From Spirochaetota bacterium (GTDB lineage Bacteria > Spirochaetota > UBA4802 > UBA5550), in assembly GCA_963663865.1 (NCBI GenBank), contig OY760686.1, forward strand, positions 1,088,001 to 1,152,000: 64,000 nucleotides of DNA, written 5' to 3'. Below, piece by piece: positions 50,761 through 60,721 of the stretch. The notes under the pieces were generated by a model. The model did not search any database and was not told where the DNA came from. It saw only the letters and a list, made by a program, of their open reading frames with translations. The first letter of the stretch is position 1; each line of letters starts with the position of its first letter. Both the position numbers and the translations under genes were made by a program.

Positions 50761-51609
50761 ATGTGGGATTATACTGGAAAGGTTAAAGAATATTACACGA
50801 ATCCGAAGAATGTCGGGAAAATTGAAGACGCTACGGCAGTTGCCGAAGTAGGAAGCATAGTATGCGGCGACGCGCTTAAGCTTTATCTGAAGATAGATGA
50901 AAATGAGGTTATCACCGATGCAAAGTTTGAGACATTCGGCTGCGGCAGCGCTATAGCTTCATCCTCCGCACTGACAGAGATGGTTAAGGGCAAGACTGTG
51001 TCCGAGGCCGAAAAGATAACGAACAGGGACATCGCGGAGTTTCTGGGAGGCCTCCCTGAAGAGAAAATGCACTGCTCAGTTATGGGAAACGAGGCCCTTG
51101 AAAAGGCCATAAAGATTTATCGCGGACAGGAGATTGTGGAAGAGGAGGACACCGAGGGTGAGATTGTCTGTCACTGTTTCGGTGTAACTGACAAACTTAT
51201 AAGAAAAGTAGTGAATGAAAACAACCTGAAAACTGTTGAAGAGGTGACGCACTATACCAAAGCCGGAGGCGCGTGTGGTTCCTGTATCCATAAAATCGAA
51301 GATATCATAGACGAAGAACTCAAGTCGCCAGGGGCTGCGGGAAATCAGGCTAAACGCGGGAATAAACCTCTCTCAAACATCAGAAGGATGCAGCTTGTCG
51401 AGGAAACTATAGCAACCGTCATTCGCCCGGAGCTTCAGAAGGACGGAGGCGACATCGAGCTTGTCGATATTGAGGGCAAAAAGGTATTTGTCGCTCTGAG
51501 GGGCGCGTGTTCAACGTGTATGGTGTCTCAGGTCACGCTGAAAAACCTCGTTGAAGCGAGGCTTCGGGAGTTTGTTGAGGCGGATATTGAAGTGCTGCAG
51601 GCAGGCTGA
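50761..51609 (+). CDS. nifU: Fe-S scaffold NifU (IscU + BFD-like + NfuA domains)
   Basis: CGD, FGCGSA, KMHC; CHC...GACGSC; GACSTC. Confidence 0.95.
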   Translation: MWDYTGKVKEYYTNPKNVGKIEDATAVAEVGSIVCGDALKLYLKIDENEVITDAKFETFGCGSAIASSSALTEMVKGKTVSEAEKITNRDIAEFLGGLPEEKMHCSVMGNEALEKAIKIYRGQEIVEEEDTEGEIVCHCFGVTDKLIRKVVNENNLKTVEEVTHYTKAGGACGSCIHKIEDIIDEELKSPGAAGNQAKRGNKPLSNIRRMQLVEETIATVIRPELQKDGGDIELVDIEGKKVFVALRGACSTCMVSQVTLKNLVEARLREFVEADIEVLQAG

Positions 51610-51633
51610 GCTGATTCAGAAGAGGAGAAGAGA

Positions 51634-52824
51634 ATGTCAGAAACCGTTTACCTTGATAATAACGCAACAACCATGGTCGACCCCGAGGTGCTTGACGCCA
51701 TGCTTCCTTTTCTGAAAGGAAGTTACGGCAATCCGTCAAGTATACACAGTTTCGGCGGCAACCTTGCCAAGTATGTGGATGATGCCAGACAGAAGCTGGC
51801 TGCCTTTATAGGGGCAGACAACGACTACGAGATTGTCTACACGGCAACAGGCACAGAGAGCGACAACATGGCAATCATGGGTGTCCTGTCTTACTATAAG
51901 GAAAAGAGGCATATAATCACAACAAGGGTGGAGCATCCCGCTATATTGTCTCTTTGCAAGAAGCTTGAAAAAGACGGCTATCGCGTTACCTATGTGCCTG
52001 TTGACAGCAGGGGCAACCTTGATCTGCAGATGCTCAAGGACTCGGTTGACGATGACACAGCAATAGTATCAGTCATGTACGCCAATAACGAGACAGGCGT
52101 TCTTTTCCCTGTTAAGGAAATAGGGGCCTTCTGCCGTGAAAGGGGAGTCTCGTTTCACGTGGATGCCGTACAGGCAGCCGGAAAGGTGAAGATAGATGTA
52201 AACGATATTAACTGCGACCTGCTTACTCTGTCAGGGCACAAGCTTCACGCCCCCAAGGGAATAGGCGCTCTCTACATAAGGCGGGGGACAAGGACGCGCC
52301 CTCTTCTTTACGGGGGACACCAGGAGCGCGGAAGGCGCCCCGGTACAGAGAATGTGCCGGCAATTGTCGGTCTTGGAAAGGCAGCGGAGTTAGCGCAAAA
52401 TCATCTTGCTGATACGGGCGAAATGAAGAGGCTTCGTGATAAGCTTGAGCAGGGGCTCCTCAGCGCTTTTCCAAATGCCTCCCTTAACGGAGACAGAGAG
52501 AGACGCGTTCCAAACACGACTAATATAGGGTTTGAGTTTATTGAGGGCGAGGCGATACTGCTTTACCTTGATGAAAAGGGAATAGCGGCGTCTTCGGGCT
52601 CGGCGTGTTCGTCAGGCTCGCTTGAACCGTCGCATGTACTCAGGGCAATGGGAGTGCCGTTTACGTCGGCTCACGGCTCCATCAGGTTCAGCCTCAGCAG
52701 GTTTACTACGGAGAAGGAGATTGATTACACCCTTGAGGTCATGCCGCAGGTTGTCAACAGGCTGCTTGAAATATCCCCCTACTGGGACAATGAGAAGAAG
52801 CAGGGGATACCGATTAATCTGTGA
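51634..52824 (+). CDS. nifS: Cysteine desulfurase
   Basis: YLDNNATT, SGHKLH, SSGSACSSG. Confidence 0.95.
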   Translation: MSETVYLDNNATTMVDPEVLDAMLPFLKGSYGNPSSIHSFGGNLAKYVDDARQKLAAFIGADNDYEIVYTATGTESDNMAIMGVLSYYKEKRHIITTRVEHPAILSLCKKLEKDGYRVTYVPVDSRGNLDLQMLKDSVDDDTAIVSVMYANNETGVLFPVKEIGAFCRERGVSFHVDAVQAAGKVKIDVNDINCDLLTLSGHKLHAPKGIGALYIRRGTRTRPLLYGGHQERGRRPGTENVPAIVGLGKAAELAQNHLADTGEMKRLRDKLEQGLLSAFPNASLNGDRERRVPNTTNIGFEFIEGEAILLYLDEKGIAASSGSACSSGSLEPSHVLRAMGVPFTSAHGSIRFSLSRFTTEKEIDYTLEVMPQVVNRLLEISPYWDNEKKQGIPINL

Positions 52825-52934
52825 CGGTATTCTCCCCTTTATATGAAGATGTTGTGTTTTGTTAAGGCGCGAAAAGCGTAATTTTAAATTGTCCCGGGGC
52901 AGCCCTGAGGCCGCCTGGACTTTCAGTGAAAGGA

Positions 52935-53771
52935 TTACCTGCCTACGTCGCTGATAAGCTTTCCTAATGTCGAATCGTGCGTCTGCACGGTTTTCTGATT
53001 GGCCTCGTAGCTTCGCTGGACCTCGATCATGTCTACCATCTCGCGGACAATGTTTACGTTGGATTTCTCAAGAAAGCCCTGCCGTACGGCTGGTGTTTCA
53101 GTCCTGGCAGCCGGCCCGGAGAACTCGGTCTCCCGGTACATGGAGTCGCCTTCTTTTTTTATCTCGCGGATGTTTTCAAAGTCAACAATCTTTAAGCGGT
53201 CGAGTACAATCGGATTGGCCCAGTCGTTTGAATTCTGTCCGACCATTTCTCGGGGATCCCTTGAAATATCACCGTTTACGATTATCTCTCCACGCTGATT
53301 AACGATGAAGTTGTTGTGCTGAACGACAATCGGGCCGTTTTGTCCTACTACTTGGTTGCCGTTTTTTGTCACAAGGATGCCGTTCTGGTTAATGGTAAAG
53401 GCCCCGTCGCGTGTATAGCGCTCGCCGCGCTCGGTCATGACTGTGAAAAATCCCCTTCCTTCAAGAGCAAGGTCGAAGTTGTTTTCAGTCCTCTGAAGGC
53501 TTCCCTGTTCAAAATGAGTGAACACCTCGTTGACTTCGACTCCGGTCCCAAGCTTTCCCACGAAGGGCATAGTATCGTATGAACCGGCCGGTGTTACACC
53601 AAGTCCGCTTTCATTTATTCTCCTTATCAGCATGTCGGGAAAGGACTTGAAGATGGCCGTGTCCTTTTTGTATGCTGTCTTGTCGACATTGGCAAGGTTG
53701 TTGGACACGGTGTCCATTCTGGCCTGCTGAGCGAGCATTCCGCTTGCGCCTGTATATATTCCTCTGAGCAT
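52935..53771 (-). CDS. flgF: Flagellar basal-body rod protein (FlgF/FlgG family)
   Basis: [36 protein letters not shown]; FlgF vs FlgG not resolvable. Confidence 0.8.
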   Translation of the reverse strand: MLRGIYTGASGMLAQQARMDTVSNNLANVDKTAYKKDTAIFKSFPDMLIRRINESGLGVTPAGSYDTMPFVGKLGTGVEVNEVFTHFEQGSLQRTENNFDLALEGRGFFTVMTERGERYTRDGAFTINQNGILVTKNGNQVVGQNGPIVVQHNNFIVNQRGEIIVNGDISRDPREMVGQNSNDWANPIVLDRLKIVDFENIREIKKEGDSMYRETEFSGPAARTETPAVRQGFLEKSNVNIVREMVDMIEVQRSYEANQKTVQTHDSTLGKLISDVGR

Positions 53772-53794
53772 GGTTCCTCCTTCAACTGATTACT

Positions 53795-53822
53795 CTATCG
53801 GAACAAGCAGGACATAATCTTA
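53795..53822 (-). promoter_or_regulatory. Sigma28-like promoter of the rod gene
   Basis: TAAG-N16-TCCGATAG. Confidence 0.45.
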
Positions 53823-54072
53823 ATGTAAATTGTAATGATAAACAAATGAATTAAAGCTGCATAAAAACCGAATTATTGGGGATGAAATTTGTATCTATGG
53901 TGATTTATCTGTTTATTCCAACTGGGCTTTTTCGTGAATATTAATTCTTTCTGGGTTTAAGGGAAGAATGTTGTGCAATAGAATATACAAAGTAGTAAAA
54001 GCGAATGTAAATTCTTCTATGCCGCAGAGCAAAAACATTCAGGTTGAATTTTCATATTTTTGAATCAGAATT

Positions 54073-54098
54073 AAAAAAACCGCCCCGAAGGGCGGTTT
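54073..54098 (-). terminator. Intrinsic terminator
   Basis: Minus strand AAACCGCCC-TTCG-GGGCGGTTTTTTT. Confidence 0.85.
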
Positions 54099-54127
54099 GA
54101 GCTTTTTTTGATCACATCAGATTTTTA

Positions 54128-55447
54128 TTACTCTATTGCTGCAGCTGATACCCACAGGCAGTCCAGGTTTGGTACGGTTGAACCTGTTGCCTTGATGACA
54201 ACATTGTATGTTCCTGCTGCAAGAGTTGTACTGAGCGGCATATCATCGAAGTTCTTCATTATCCACCACGATGACCAATCAGCAGAAGGACCGTTTACTG
54301 TACCTGTGCTTAGCGTAACTGTCGCAACAACAGTGTCATCTGACGGGTTGGTAAAGTAGATTTCCATGTTGAGAGAATTTAGAGCTATAGGACCTCCAAA
54401 AACAGAACCTGATCGAAGTCCAACAGAAGCTATTTCATAGGTCGTTGTTACTGAAGCAGTAAAGGTGTTGTCTGCTACTCCCCATGAACCTATTCCTGAA
54501 TTTCCACTAACGATATCATCCAATTCAGCTTCGACAACTGAGGTAGCTCCATATCCGCCGACAGTACCGGCAAATGTCATAGCCTCGCATTCAATCAAAG
54601 TATCAGTCGTTTCACTGAGCACAGGTATTGGTTCTGATGTCGGTACAATAGGGGCACCTCCGTCAGCCTTGTTCAGCCAGCAGAAGTCCAGGTTAGGCGC
54701 GGTCACGACAGCATCGGGTTCACCTGTAACCGCAATTACGATCTTATACTCTGTACCTGCCTGTAGTTCAGCGCTGAGAGGCATGTTGTCGAAGTTTTTC
54801 ATTACCCACCAGTTTGACCAATCAGCAGAAGGGCCTGTGATTTTCTCATCGCTGAGGGTCACAGTTGCAGCTGCACTGTCATCAGATGCCAGGAGGAAGC
54901 TAATGGCAAGAGCGGTCCCTGAGAGAGCGGGTGCTTCAACATCTTCTCCCATACCAAGATAAGCTGAACCAATCCTCAAGCCCATGCTTGAGACGTTAAA
55001 TTCCGGAGTAAAGACATAGGTCAGAGTGTTACCTGCCTTTCCGTAAGAGCCTACACCGGAACCTCCGCTTACAAGTGTTTCATCTTTTCCAGTCTCTACA
55101 ACAGACGCTCCTTCTTGAGTGGGTGTTCCAGCGAATGTAAATGCTTCACATTCAATCTTGATTGTTTTCGACGAATCAAGAGTCGGAAATGCTTCAGATG
55201 TTGGTACATCGTCATCGTCATCATCTGTAGGAGTAACATCGTCATCATCATCTGTAGGTGTAACATCGTCATCGTCATCCGTCGGTGTTACATCGTCGTC
55301 GTCATCTGCAGGTGTTACATCGTCATCATCGTCGACAATCTGTGTCTTGTCTTTGCTGTCATCATCATCACAGCCTGTTGCAACGAAAACAAAGGAAAAC
55401 AGAAAAAGCACTAATGCCAAAAGAGATAGAAAACGGTTTTTAAACAT
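54128..55447 (-). CDS. Acidic lipoprotein with a DDDDDVTPT repeat stalk and two CBM6/35-like domains
   Basis: Lipobox ATGC; duplicated IECEA...GPSADWS.WW.MKNFD.MPL...PNLD domain. Confidence 0.75.
   Translation of the reverse strand: MFKNRFLSLLALVLFLFSFVFVATGCDDDDSKDKTQIVDDDDDVTPADDDDDVTPTDDDDDVTPTDDDDDVTPTDDDDDDVPTSEAFPTLDSSKTIKIECEAFTFAGTPTQEGASVVETGKDETLVSGGSGVGSYGKAGNTLTYVFTPEFNVSSMGLRIGSAYLGMGEDVEAPALSGTALAISFLLASDDSAAATVTLSDEKITGPSADWSNWWVMKNFDNMPLSAELQAGTEYKIVIAVTGEPDAVVTAPNLDFCWLNKADGGAPIVPTSEPIPVLSETTDTLIECEAMTFAGTVGGYGATSVVEAELDDIVSGNSGIGSWGVADNTFTASVTTTYEIASVGLRSGSVFGGPIALNSLNMEIYFTNPSDDTVVATVTLSTGTVNGPSADWSSWWIMKNFDDMPLSTTLAAGTYNVVIKATGSTVPNLDCLWVSAAAIE
55207..55335 (-). repeat. 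About 4.5 x 27-bp coding tandem repeat
   Basis: Encodes (DDDDDVTP[A/T])4-DDDDDDV with synonymous differences between units. Confidence 0.9.
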
Positions 55448-55742
55448 AATCTCCTCCGAGGTGTTTATTGTTACAGATGCCAATTTCTACGCTTTATTAT
55501 TTTAAAACGCAATAAAATTTACGCATGGCAAATTCTCTTTTATTCCACATCAGGAATTCAAAAGATTAATCTGCTTCGCTTTATATGATATCAATTATTA
55601 ACAACGAAGCTTCTTACATTTTTAATATGCTTATAAACATCGCCCTCCGCGGCCTACGTTTATAAGGCTGATACAATTACTGTTTATATTCCAATAACAT
55701 TAAACGTAAGAATAAGAGCTTTTGGAAAAAGGAGGCGCCAGC

Positions 55743-56708
55743 ATGATGCTATTCAAAATCATTAAAAGATTTAATACTATTGCGGCAGTCCATAGATGCA
55801 TGCTATGCGATGTCGCGGGGCATTTCAGGCATTCTCTAATATTCGCAAGCGGCGACAGGCATAAGCTGATTGCAAGAATAATGCTGGCAGCCCATTCGCT
55901 GGAAAAGGGTCTGGCGATGCCCCGGAAAAAAGAGAACTGGGGCGGGCAAAAGGCTATTCAGCTTATAGTGCTGATTGAAAGATATATCAGGAAATATCCC
56001 GTAGAAGAGAGAGTCCATTCTGCTCTTGTCACATTGCAAAGCTTTCGTGATGATATATTCAGCGAAAAAAATCACGGCACAGCGCACGCGATAGATCAGC
56101 TGTTGTCTCGTTGCGGAGTGAGTTGTGAAAAAATAGAAGGCGCAATAAGAAAGATTAAGAAGCCCCGTTTCAGCATGACATATGAAGATATTGTTTCTTT
56201 CTATGAGTCGCGGGCCAGCGTAAGGGAGTTTTCTGATAAGCCGGTTACAGCTAACGAAGTCCGAAAGGTCTGCCGTATGGTAAGAACAACGCCGAGCGCG
56301 TGCAACAGGCAGCCATGCCGGCTTTACACTTTCAGAGACAGGGGCATAATCGAGAAGCTCATTAATAATCAGCTGGGCGATCAGGGCTGGTGCATGAACT
56401 GCAACCTGCTGTTTGTGGTCACGGCTAATCAGTCCTACTACAATGCGACATATGAAAGGTACCAGCCGTTCATTGACGGAGGCATGTTCGCCATGAACCT
56501 GGTTATGGCGCTGCATTCGCAAAAGATCGCCACCTGCTGTAAGATGTTTATTCAGCAGCCGGGGCTTGAGAAGAGGTTTAAAAAGGCCGCCGGAATCCCG
56601 GCATGTGAACGCCCTGTAATGCTGGTCCTGGCAGGACATTATCCCAGGCGGAAGGTGGTCCTTGCTCCGCTCAGCCGCAGGGTTGAGCTTGAAGTCTCAA
56701 TTGTATGA
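55743..56708 (+). CDS. Nitroreductase-family protein with N-terminal extension
   Basis: RASVREFS, TPSACNRQP, DGGMFAMNL; AGGAGG RBS. Confidence 0.85.
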   Translation: MMLFKIIKRFNTIAAVHRCMLCDVAGHFRHSLIFASGDRHKLIARIMLAAHSLEKGLAMPRKKENWGGQKAIQLIVLIERYIRKYPVEERVHSALVTLQSFRDDIFSEKNHGTAHAIDQLLSRCGVSCEKIEGAIRKIKKPRFSMTYEDIVSFYESRASVREFSDKPVTANEVRKVCRMVRTTPSACNRQPCRLYTFRDRGIIEKLINNQLGDQGWCMNCNLLFVVTANQSYYNATYERYQPFIDGGMFAMNLVMALHSQKIATCCKMFIQQPGLEKRFKKAAGIPACERPVMLVLAGHYPRRKVVLAPLSRRVELEVSIV

Positions 56709-56760
56709 TATCTGAAATGACGGGGTATTTAATATACAGTGTTTGACGCGCGGCGCTCTG

Positions 56761-58032
56761 TCAGGCGCCCCCCGGAATCCTATCGATGCGTGCTCCAAGA
56801 GATGAGAGCTTTTCGGGAAGCCTCTCGTACCCGCGGTCAGAGTGGTAGATGCGTCTTATCTCCGTTTCGCCTTTTGCGGCAAGCGCCGCGACAACGAGTG
56901 CCGCTCCGGCTCTGAGGTCAGACATCATCACCGGCGCTGATGAAAGCGATTTCACTCCCCTTACTATGGCCGTGTTGCCTTCAATCGTTATGTCAGCTCC
57001 CATTCGTCTCAGCTCAGGGACATGAGTAAATCTGTTCTCGAAGATTGTCTCGGTAACAGTTGAAATGCCGGGAACTACTGCCGCTAACGCCATGACAGGC
57101 GCCTGCAGGTCGGTGGGGAAGCCGGGATAGGGCACGGCCCTGATGATTGTACCTTTGAGCTTTTTGGACGGGTAAACAGTTGCAGTGTCCTTTGAAGTGT
57201 CCACCCGGTAGCCCATTTCCCTTAGCGAGTCGATGAGGGCGCCTATATGTTCCGGGACAATTTTTTTGATTGTAACCTTGCCGCCGGTAATTGCACCCGC
57301 GATTAGAAATGTTCCCGCCTCAATTCTGTCAGGCATAACCGTATATGTTACCGCGTTGAGCTTTTTGACTCCTTCAATCTCAATGCGCTCGGTTCCCAGC
57401 CCTGTAATTTTGGCGCCCATTTTAATGAGAAAGCTCCCCAGATCGACAATGTCCGGTTCCATAGCGCAGTTTTCAAGAACTGTTCTGCCTTTCGCAAGAA
57501 CAGCCCCCATCATGAGATTGGCAGTAGCCCCGACAGAAACCTTGCTCATCTTATAAGAGGCACCCTTGAGTTTGTCCTTTCCAGTTCTTGCCGTGATGTT
57601 CCCGTGTTCCAGTGTTATCTCAGCTCCCATCGCCTCAAAGCCTGAGAGGTGAATATCCACCGGTCTTTCTCCGATGGCGCATCCGCCGGGCAGGGAGACT
57701 ACTGCCTCTCCGTTAAGGGCGAGAAGCGGGCCCATGACGTAATAGGAAGCCCGCATGGTCTTGACCAGCTCGTAGGGGACCTCATTGCTCTTTATGTTTT
57801 CAGCCGTGATTGAAAGCGTGTTCTTTTCCTGGCTGAATTCACATTTAGCCCCAAGGACCTCAATTACTTTTATTATTGTACGTATATCCATAAGGTTGGG
57901 AACGTTTTTCAGGACTGTTTTCCCTTCGGCGAGAAGGCTGGCGACAATTATGGGAAGCGCCGCGTTTTTTGCCCCTGAAATGGATACTTCACCGGAAAGC
58001 TTTTTTCCGCCTTTTATTCTGTAAATGTCCAA
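56761..58032 (-). CDS. murA: UDP-GlcNAc enolpyruvyl transferase
   Basis: SGAKNA, LPGGCAIG (Cys form), PDRIEAGT, PGFPTD; TTG start with AGGAG RBS. Confidence 0.97.
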   Translation of the reverse strand: MDIYRIKGGKKLSGEVSISGAKNAALPIIVASLLAEGKTVLKNVPNLMDIRTIIKVIEVLGAKCEFSQEKNTLSITAENIKSNEVPYELVKTMRASYYVMGPLLALNGEAVVSLPGGCAIGERPVDIHLSGFEAMGAEITLEHGNITARTGKDKLKGASYKMSKVSVGATANLMMGAVLAKGRTVLENCAMEPDIVDLGSFLIKMGAKITGLGTERIEIEGVKKLNAVTYTVMPDRIEAGTFLIAGAITGGKVTIKKIVPEHIGALIDSLREMGYRVDTSKDTATVYPSKKLKGTIIRAVPYPGFPTDLQAPVMALAAVVPGISTVTETIFENRFTHVPELRRMGADITIEGNTAIVRGVKSLSSAPVMMSDLRAGAALVVAALAAKGETEIRRIYHSDRGYERLPEKLSSLGARIDRIPGGA

Positions 58033-58306
58033 TTGATTTCTCCTGAAGCCGGAAGGCCTGTGATTTGTCTTTTTTTGCAGAGTACCGTTGTTTTTCAAGC
58101 TTTTTTCCGGCGGGAAGGTCTGATGAGCGGGGTTGAATCCAATTCATTATTCTACTGGTTTGAATTATTATTTGAATGAAAATGTACTATGTAAATAGAG
58201 CAAAAGATTGCATATAAACTCAAAATAAGAGATTGTTTGTTGACAGAAAATTGTTAGGGTATTATTTAGATAAAAAAAATAATATAAACGTTACGGAGGC
58301 AGTAAA

Positions 58307-58687
58307 ATGAAAATCGCATCAATGATTATTGGAATTCTTGGCGCTGTGCTGGGAATTATTCTCGGTATCACATGGATGAGTGATTACTTCAGCATGCAGC
58401 AACAGATCAACGCAGCTGGCGCGATTGCAAAATCGCTGAGCAATTCACTTCTTCAGGCACAAATGGCAGAGCTCAGCAAGCTCTACATTGCGAGTTTTGT
58501 GCTTACAATCGGAGGCGTAATCGCGGTTGTTGCAACTATCATGATAAACAAGCTCAAGGAGAAGACTGCCTATGTTTTGATAGCTGTACCGGTTATTGCA
58601 GCTATTCTTGCTCCTAAATCTCTTGTTTTTACATTCCTCATGCCAATTGCAGCAATAATGGTTTTTGTTAAGAGAAAAAGCCTCTAA
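58307..58687 (+). CDS. Small multi-TM membrane protein
   Basis: GGAGG RBS; hydrophobic helices. Confidence 0.7.
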   Translation: MKIASMIIGILGAVLGIILGITWMSDYFSMQQQINAAGAIAKSLSNSLLQAQMAELSKLYIASFVLTIGGVIAVVATIMINKLKEKTAYVLIAVPVIAAILAPKSLVFTFLMPIAAIMVFVKRKSL

Positions 58688-58921
58688 TAATTGCTTGCAC
58701 TAATATTTTTCCGGTTGTTTCGGCAGGCGGAAAACTATTAGTGTAATTCAATTTCCTGCTATATTTATCGGATTAAACAGTTAAATTATTTCTCCCACCA
58801 TTTGTTTGTTGCAGTTATGGCTATATGACCCGCAGCCGGAGTTCAGCTTTTTTTCTTGCCCTATATAAATTATCATGCTAAATTATCCCCTGAAAATAAT
58901 TGGAACAAGAGGATTAGGAGA

Positions 58922-60151
58922 ATGACAAAAGAAGGAATCACACTGTTTCTGTCGGTATTGTTTATGTTTAGCGGACTGGCGGTGAAAGCCGCTGACAACA
59001 CACAGCCCCCTGCGGGGAAGTATTTCTACATAAAGTCAGTACAGGCCGGCAGCCAAAATCTGGGCTACTGGGACCAGCCGGGCAAGCCGTCCAGGTTTAA
59101 AAAAGGGGCTAATCTTGCGCTGTACGCGAAGGACGGCTTCGTGGATCAGCAGTTTAAGTTTATGAATGCCGGAGCAGGCATGTACTACATAGTCTCTAAA
59201 AACGGCGGTTATGTTGATATAGCCGGGGGGAAATCCTCAAACGGAACCAATGCTCTCATCTGGGAAGGACATAAGAAGAGCAACCAGAAGTTCAGGTTAA
59301 AGCACACAGGAGACGGCAAGTGGAAAATCCTAACATACACCAACAGGGCTGTTTGCACTCCGCGTAAATACAGCAACGGGACAAATGTCCACATCTGGGA
59401 AGACCACAATGGTTCATGGACGGAATGGTATCTTGTCGATGCTTCAACCGGTGTTAACTTCGGGGCCGAGACTTACAGCAAGACGCCTGATTTCTTTCTT
59501 GAGAACAGGGACAGGGCCTTTAACTACTCGTCACAGACACTGGTAGGGGGCAACAGGGGAACCGCGTATGTAGCGAGGATAGACTACGGCAGGAATATAC
59601 TGCTCGGACTCGACTATACCGGCATCAATCCTATGAATGGTAAGAAGATGGAAGTCAGCACATTCATGAGACTTTATTACGATAAGGGGCAGTACAAGCA
59701 GGCCGCATCAGACCCGGAATTTCAGCTTGTCGGCAAAGCTGAAAAGGATGATAAAAGGCTCAGCATGAGCCACAGTCAGGGAGGAATAACCCTTGAGGTT
59801 ACCGGAAAGAGCAAAGCTTCAGTAATACCAGCCAGCCCGATGTTTTTCATAAATAACAGGACTAAGCAGTTTGAATATACGACACAGACAGCGTTTTCCG
59901 GAGGCACCAGGGGAACCGCAAAGGTGATTAGCATTAAGGGTAATGCGATAGAGCTCAAGGTGACAGAGGAGCTTACTGATGAAAAGACGGGAAAGAAGAC
60001 CGTCAGGAACTCTACAAAAAAGCTTTATTATATAGATGGACAATACACCTTTAACTATGACGGATATGTAACATATGGATACGCCGGAGGTTCTGACAAA
60101 GTTCTTTCAATCAGCGGCGAGCAGGATTCAACAGACTTCAAGGTTAAGTAG
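58922..60151 (+). CDS. Secreted protein: ricin-B-like beta-trefoil + two repeated unknown domains
   Basis: Signal peptide AVKA; DQQF/NQKF, VDIAGG..NGTN..IW; AGGAG RBS. Confidence 0.75.
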   Translation: MTKEGITLFLSVLFMFSGLAVKAADNTQPPAGKYFYIKSVQAGSQNLGYWDQPGKPSRFKKGANLALYAKDGFVDQQFKFMNAGAGMYYIVSKNGGYVDIAGGKSSNGTNALIWEGHKKSNQKFRLKHTGDGKWKILTYTNRAVCTPRKYSNGTNVHIWEDHNGSWTEWYLVDASTGVNFGAETYSKTPDFFLENRDRAFNYSSQTLVGGNRGTAYVARIDYGRNILLGLDYTGINPMNGKKMEVSTFMRLYYDKGQYKQAASDPEFQLVGKAEKDDKRLSMSHSQGGITLEVTGKSKASVIPASPMFFINNRTKQFEYTTQTAFSGGTRGTAKVISIKGNAIELKVTEELTDEKTGKKTVRNSTKKLYYIDGQYTFNYDGYVTYGYAGGSDKVLSISGEQDSTDFKVK

Positions 60152-60243
60152 ATTAAATATGAAAGTTCCAGTCGGCATCTCAAATGCTGACTGGATAGCT
60201 TAACATGCGAAAATCAGAATGCCCATATTCTAAAGGAGGTGTC

Positions 60244-60651
60244 ATGGCTTTCATCGAATGGTCGGACAGCATAAGTGTGGGAGTTAACCAGTTTGACGAT
60301 GATCACAGGAAGCTCTTTGCTATTGCGAATAAACTTCACGAGAGCATTAAACTCGGTTTTCAGCAGAATGCGCTTGTGCCGATTCTCGAAGAGCTTCTTA
60401 ATTACACTATCTACCACTTCGGGCGCGAAGAGCAGAACATGGTCAATCATTCCTATCCTGACTATGAGAACCACAGGAAGGCACATCAGGCAATAATTGG
60501 AAAGGTTCAGGACTTTTATGACCAGGCAAAAAGCGGAAAGACTTCCATTTCATTGAGCCTGCTGGGTTTTTTCAAGGAATGGCTAATGACTCATATTATG
60601 GGCATTGACGCGAAGTATAAACCATTTTTCAAGGATAAGGATATTGCCTGA
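60244..60651 (+). CDS. Bacteriohemerythrin
   Basis: DDDH, HF..EE, H...H, WL..HI...D. Confidence 0.93.
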   Translation: MAFIEWSDSISVGVNQFDDDHRKLFAIANKLHESIKLGFQQNALVPILEELLNYTIYHFGREEQNMVNHSYPDYENHRKAHQAIIGKVQDFYDQAKSGKTSISLSLLGFFKEWLMTHIMGIDAKYKPFFKDKDIA

Positions 60652-60683
60652 GGCCTTTTATGGCTGGGTAGTTCGACGCAGCT

Positions 60684-60720
60684 GAAAAAAACGCGGATGA
60701 TATAACCGCGGCTTTTTTTC
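60684..60720. terminator. Bidirectional terminator
   Basis: A tract, CGCGG...CCGCG stem, T tract between convergent genes. Confidence 0.6.
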
Positions 60721-60721
60721 G

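Noticed and set aside
55207-55335. CRISPR-like repeat
   Set aside because: No spacers; in-frame coding repeat; no cas genes.
43244-56639. Long antisense ORFs (43244-43876, 47238-47837, 49428-50015, 55836-56639)
   Set aside because: Shadows of well-supported genes on the opposite strand, with no recognisable motifs.
60244-60651. Hemerythrin as a dedicated nitrogenase O2-protection gene
   Set aside because: About 16 kb from the nif operon with no shared promoter motif; common in anaerobes.
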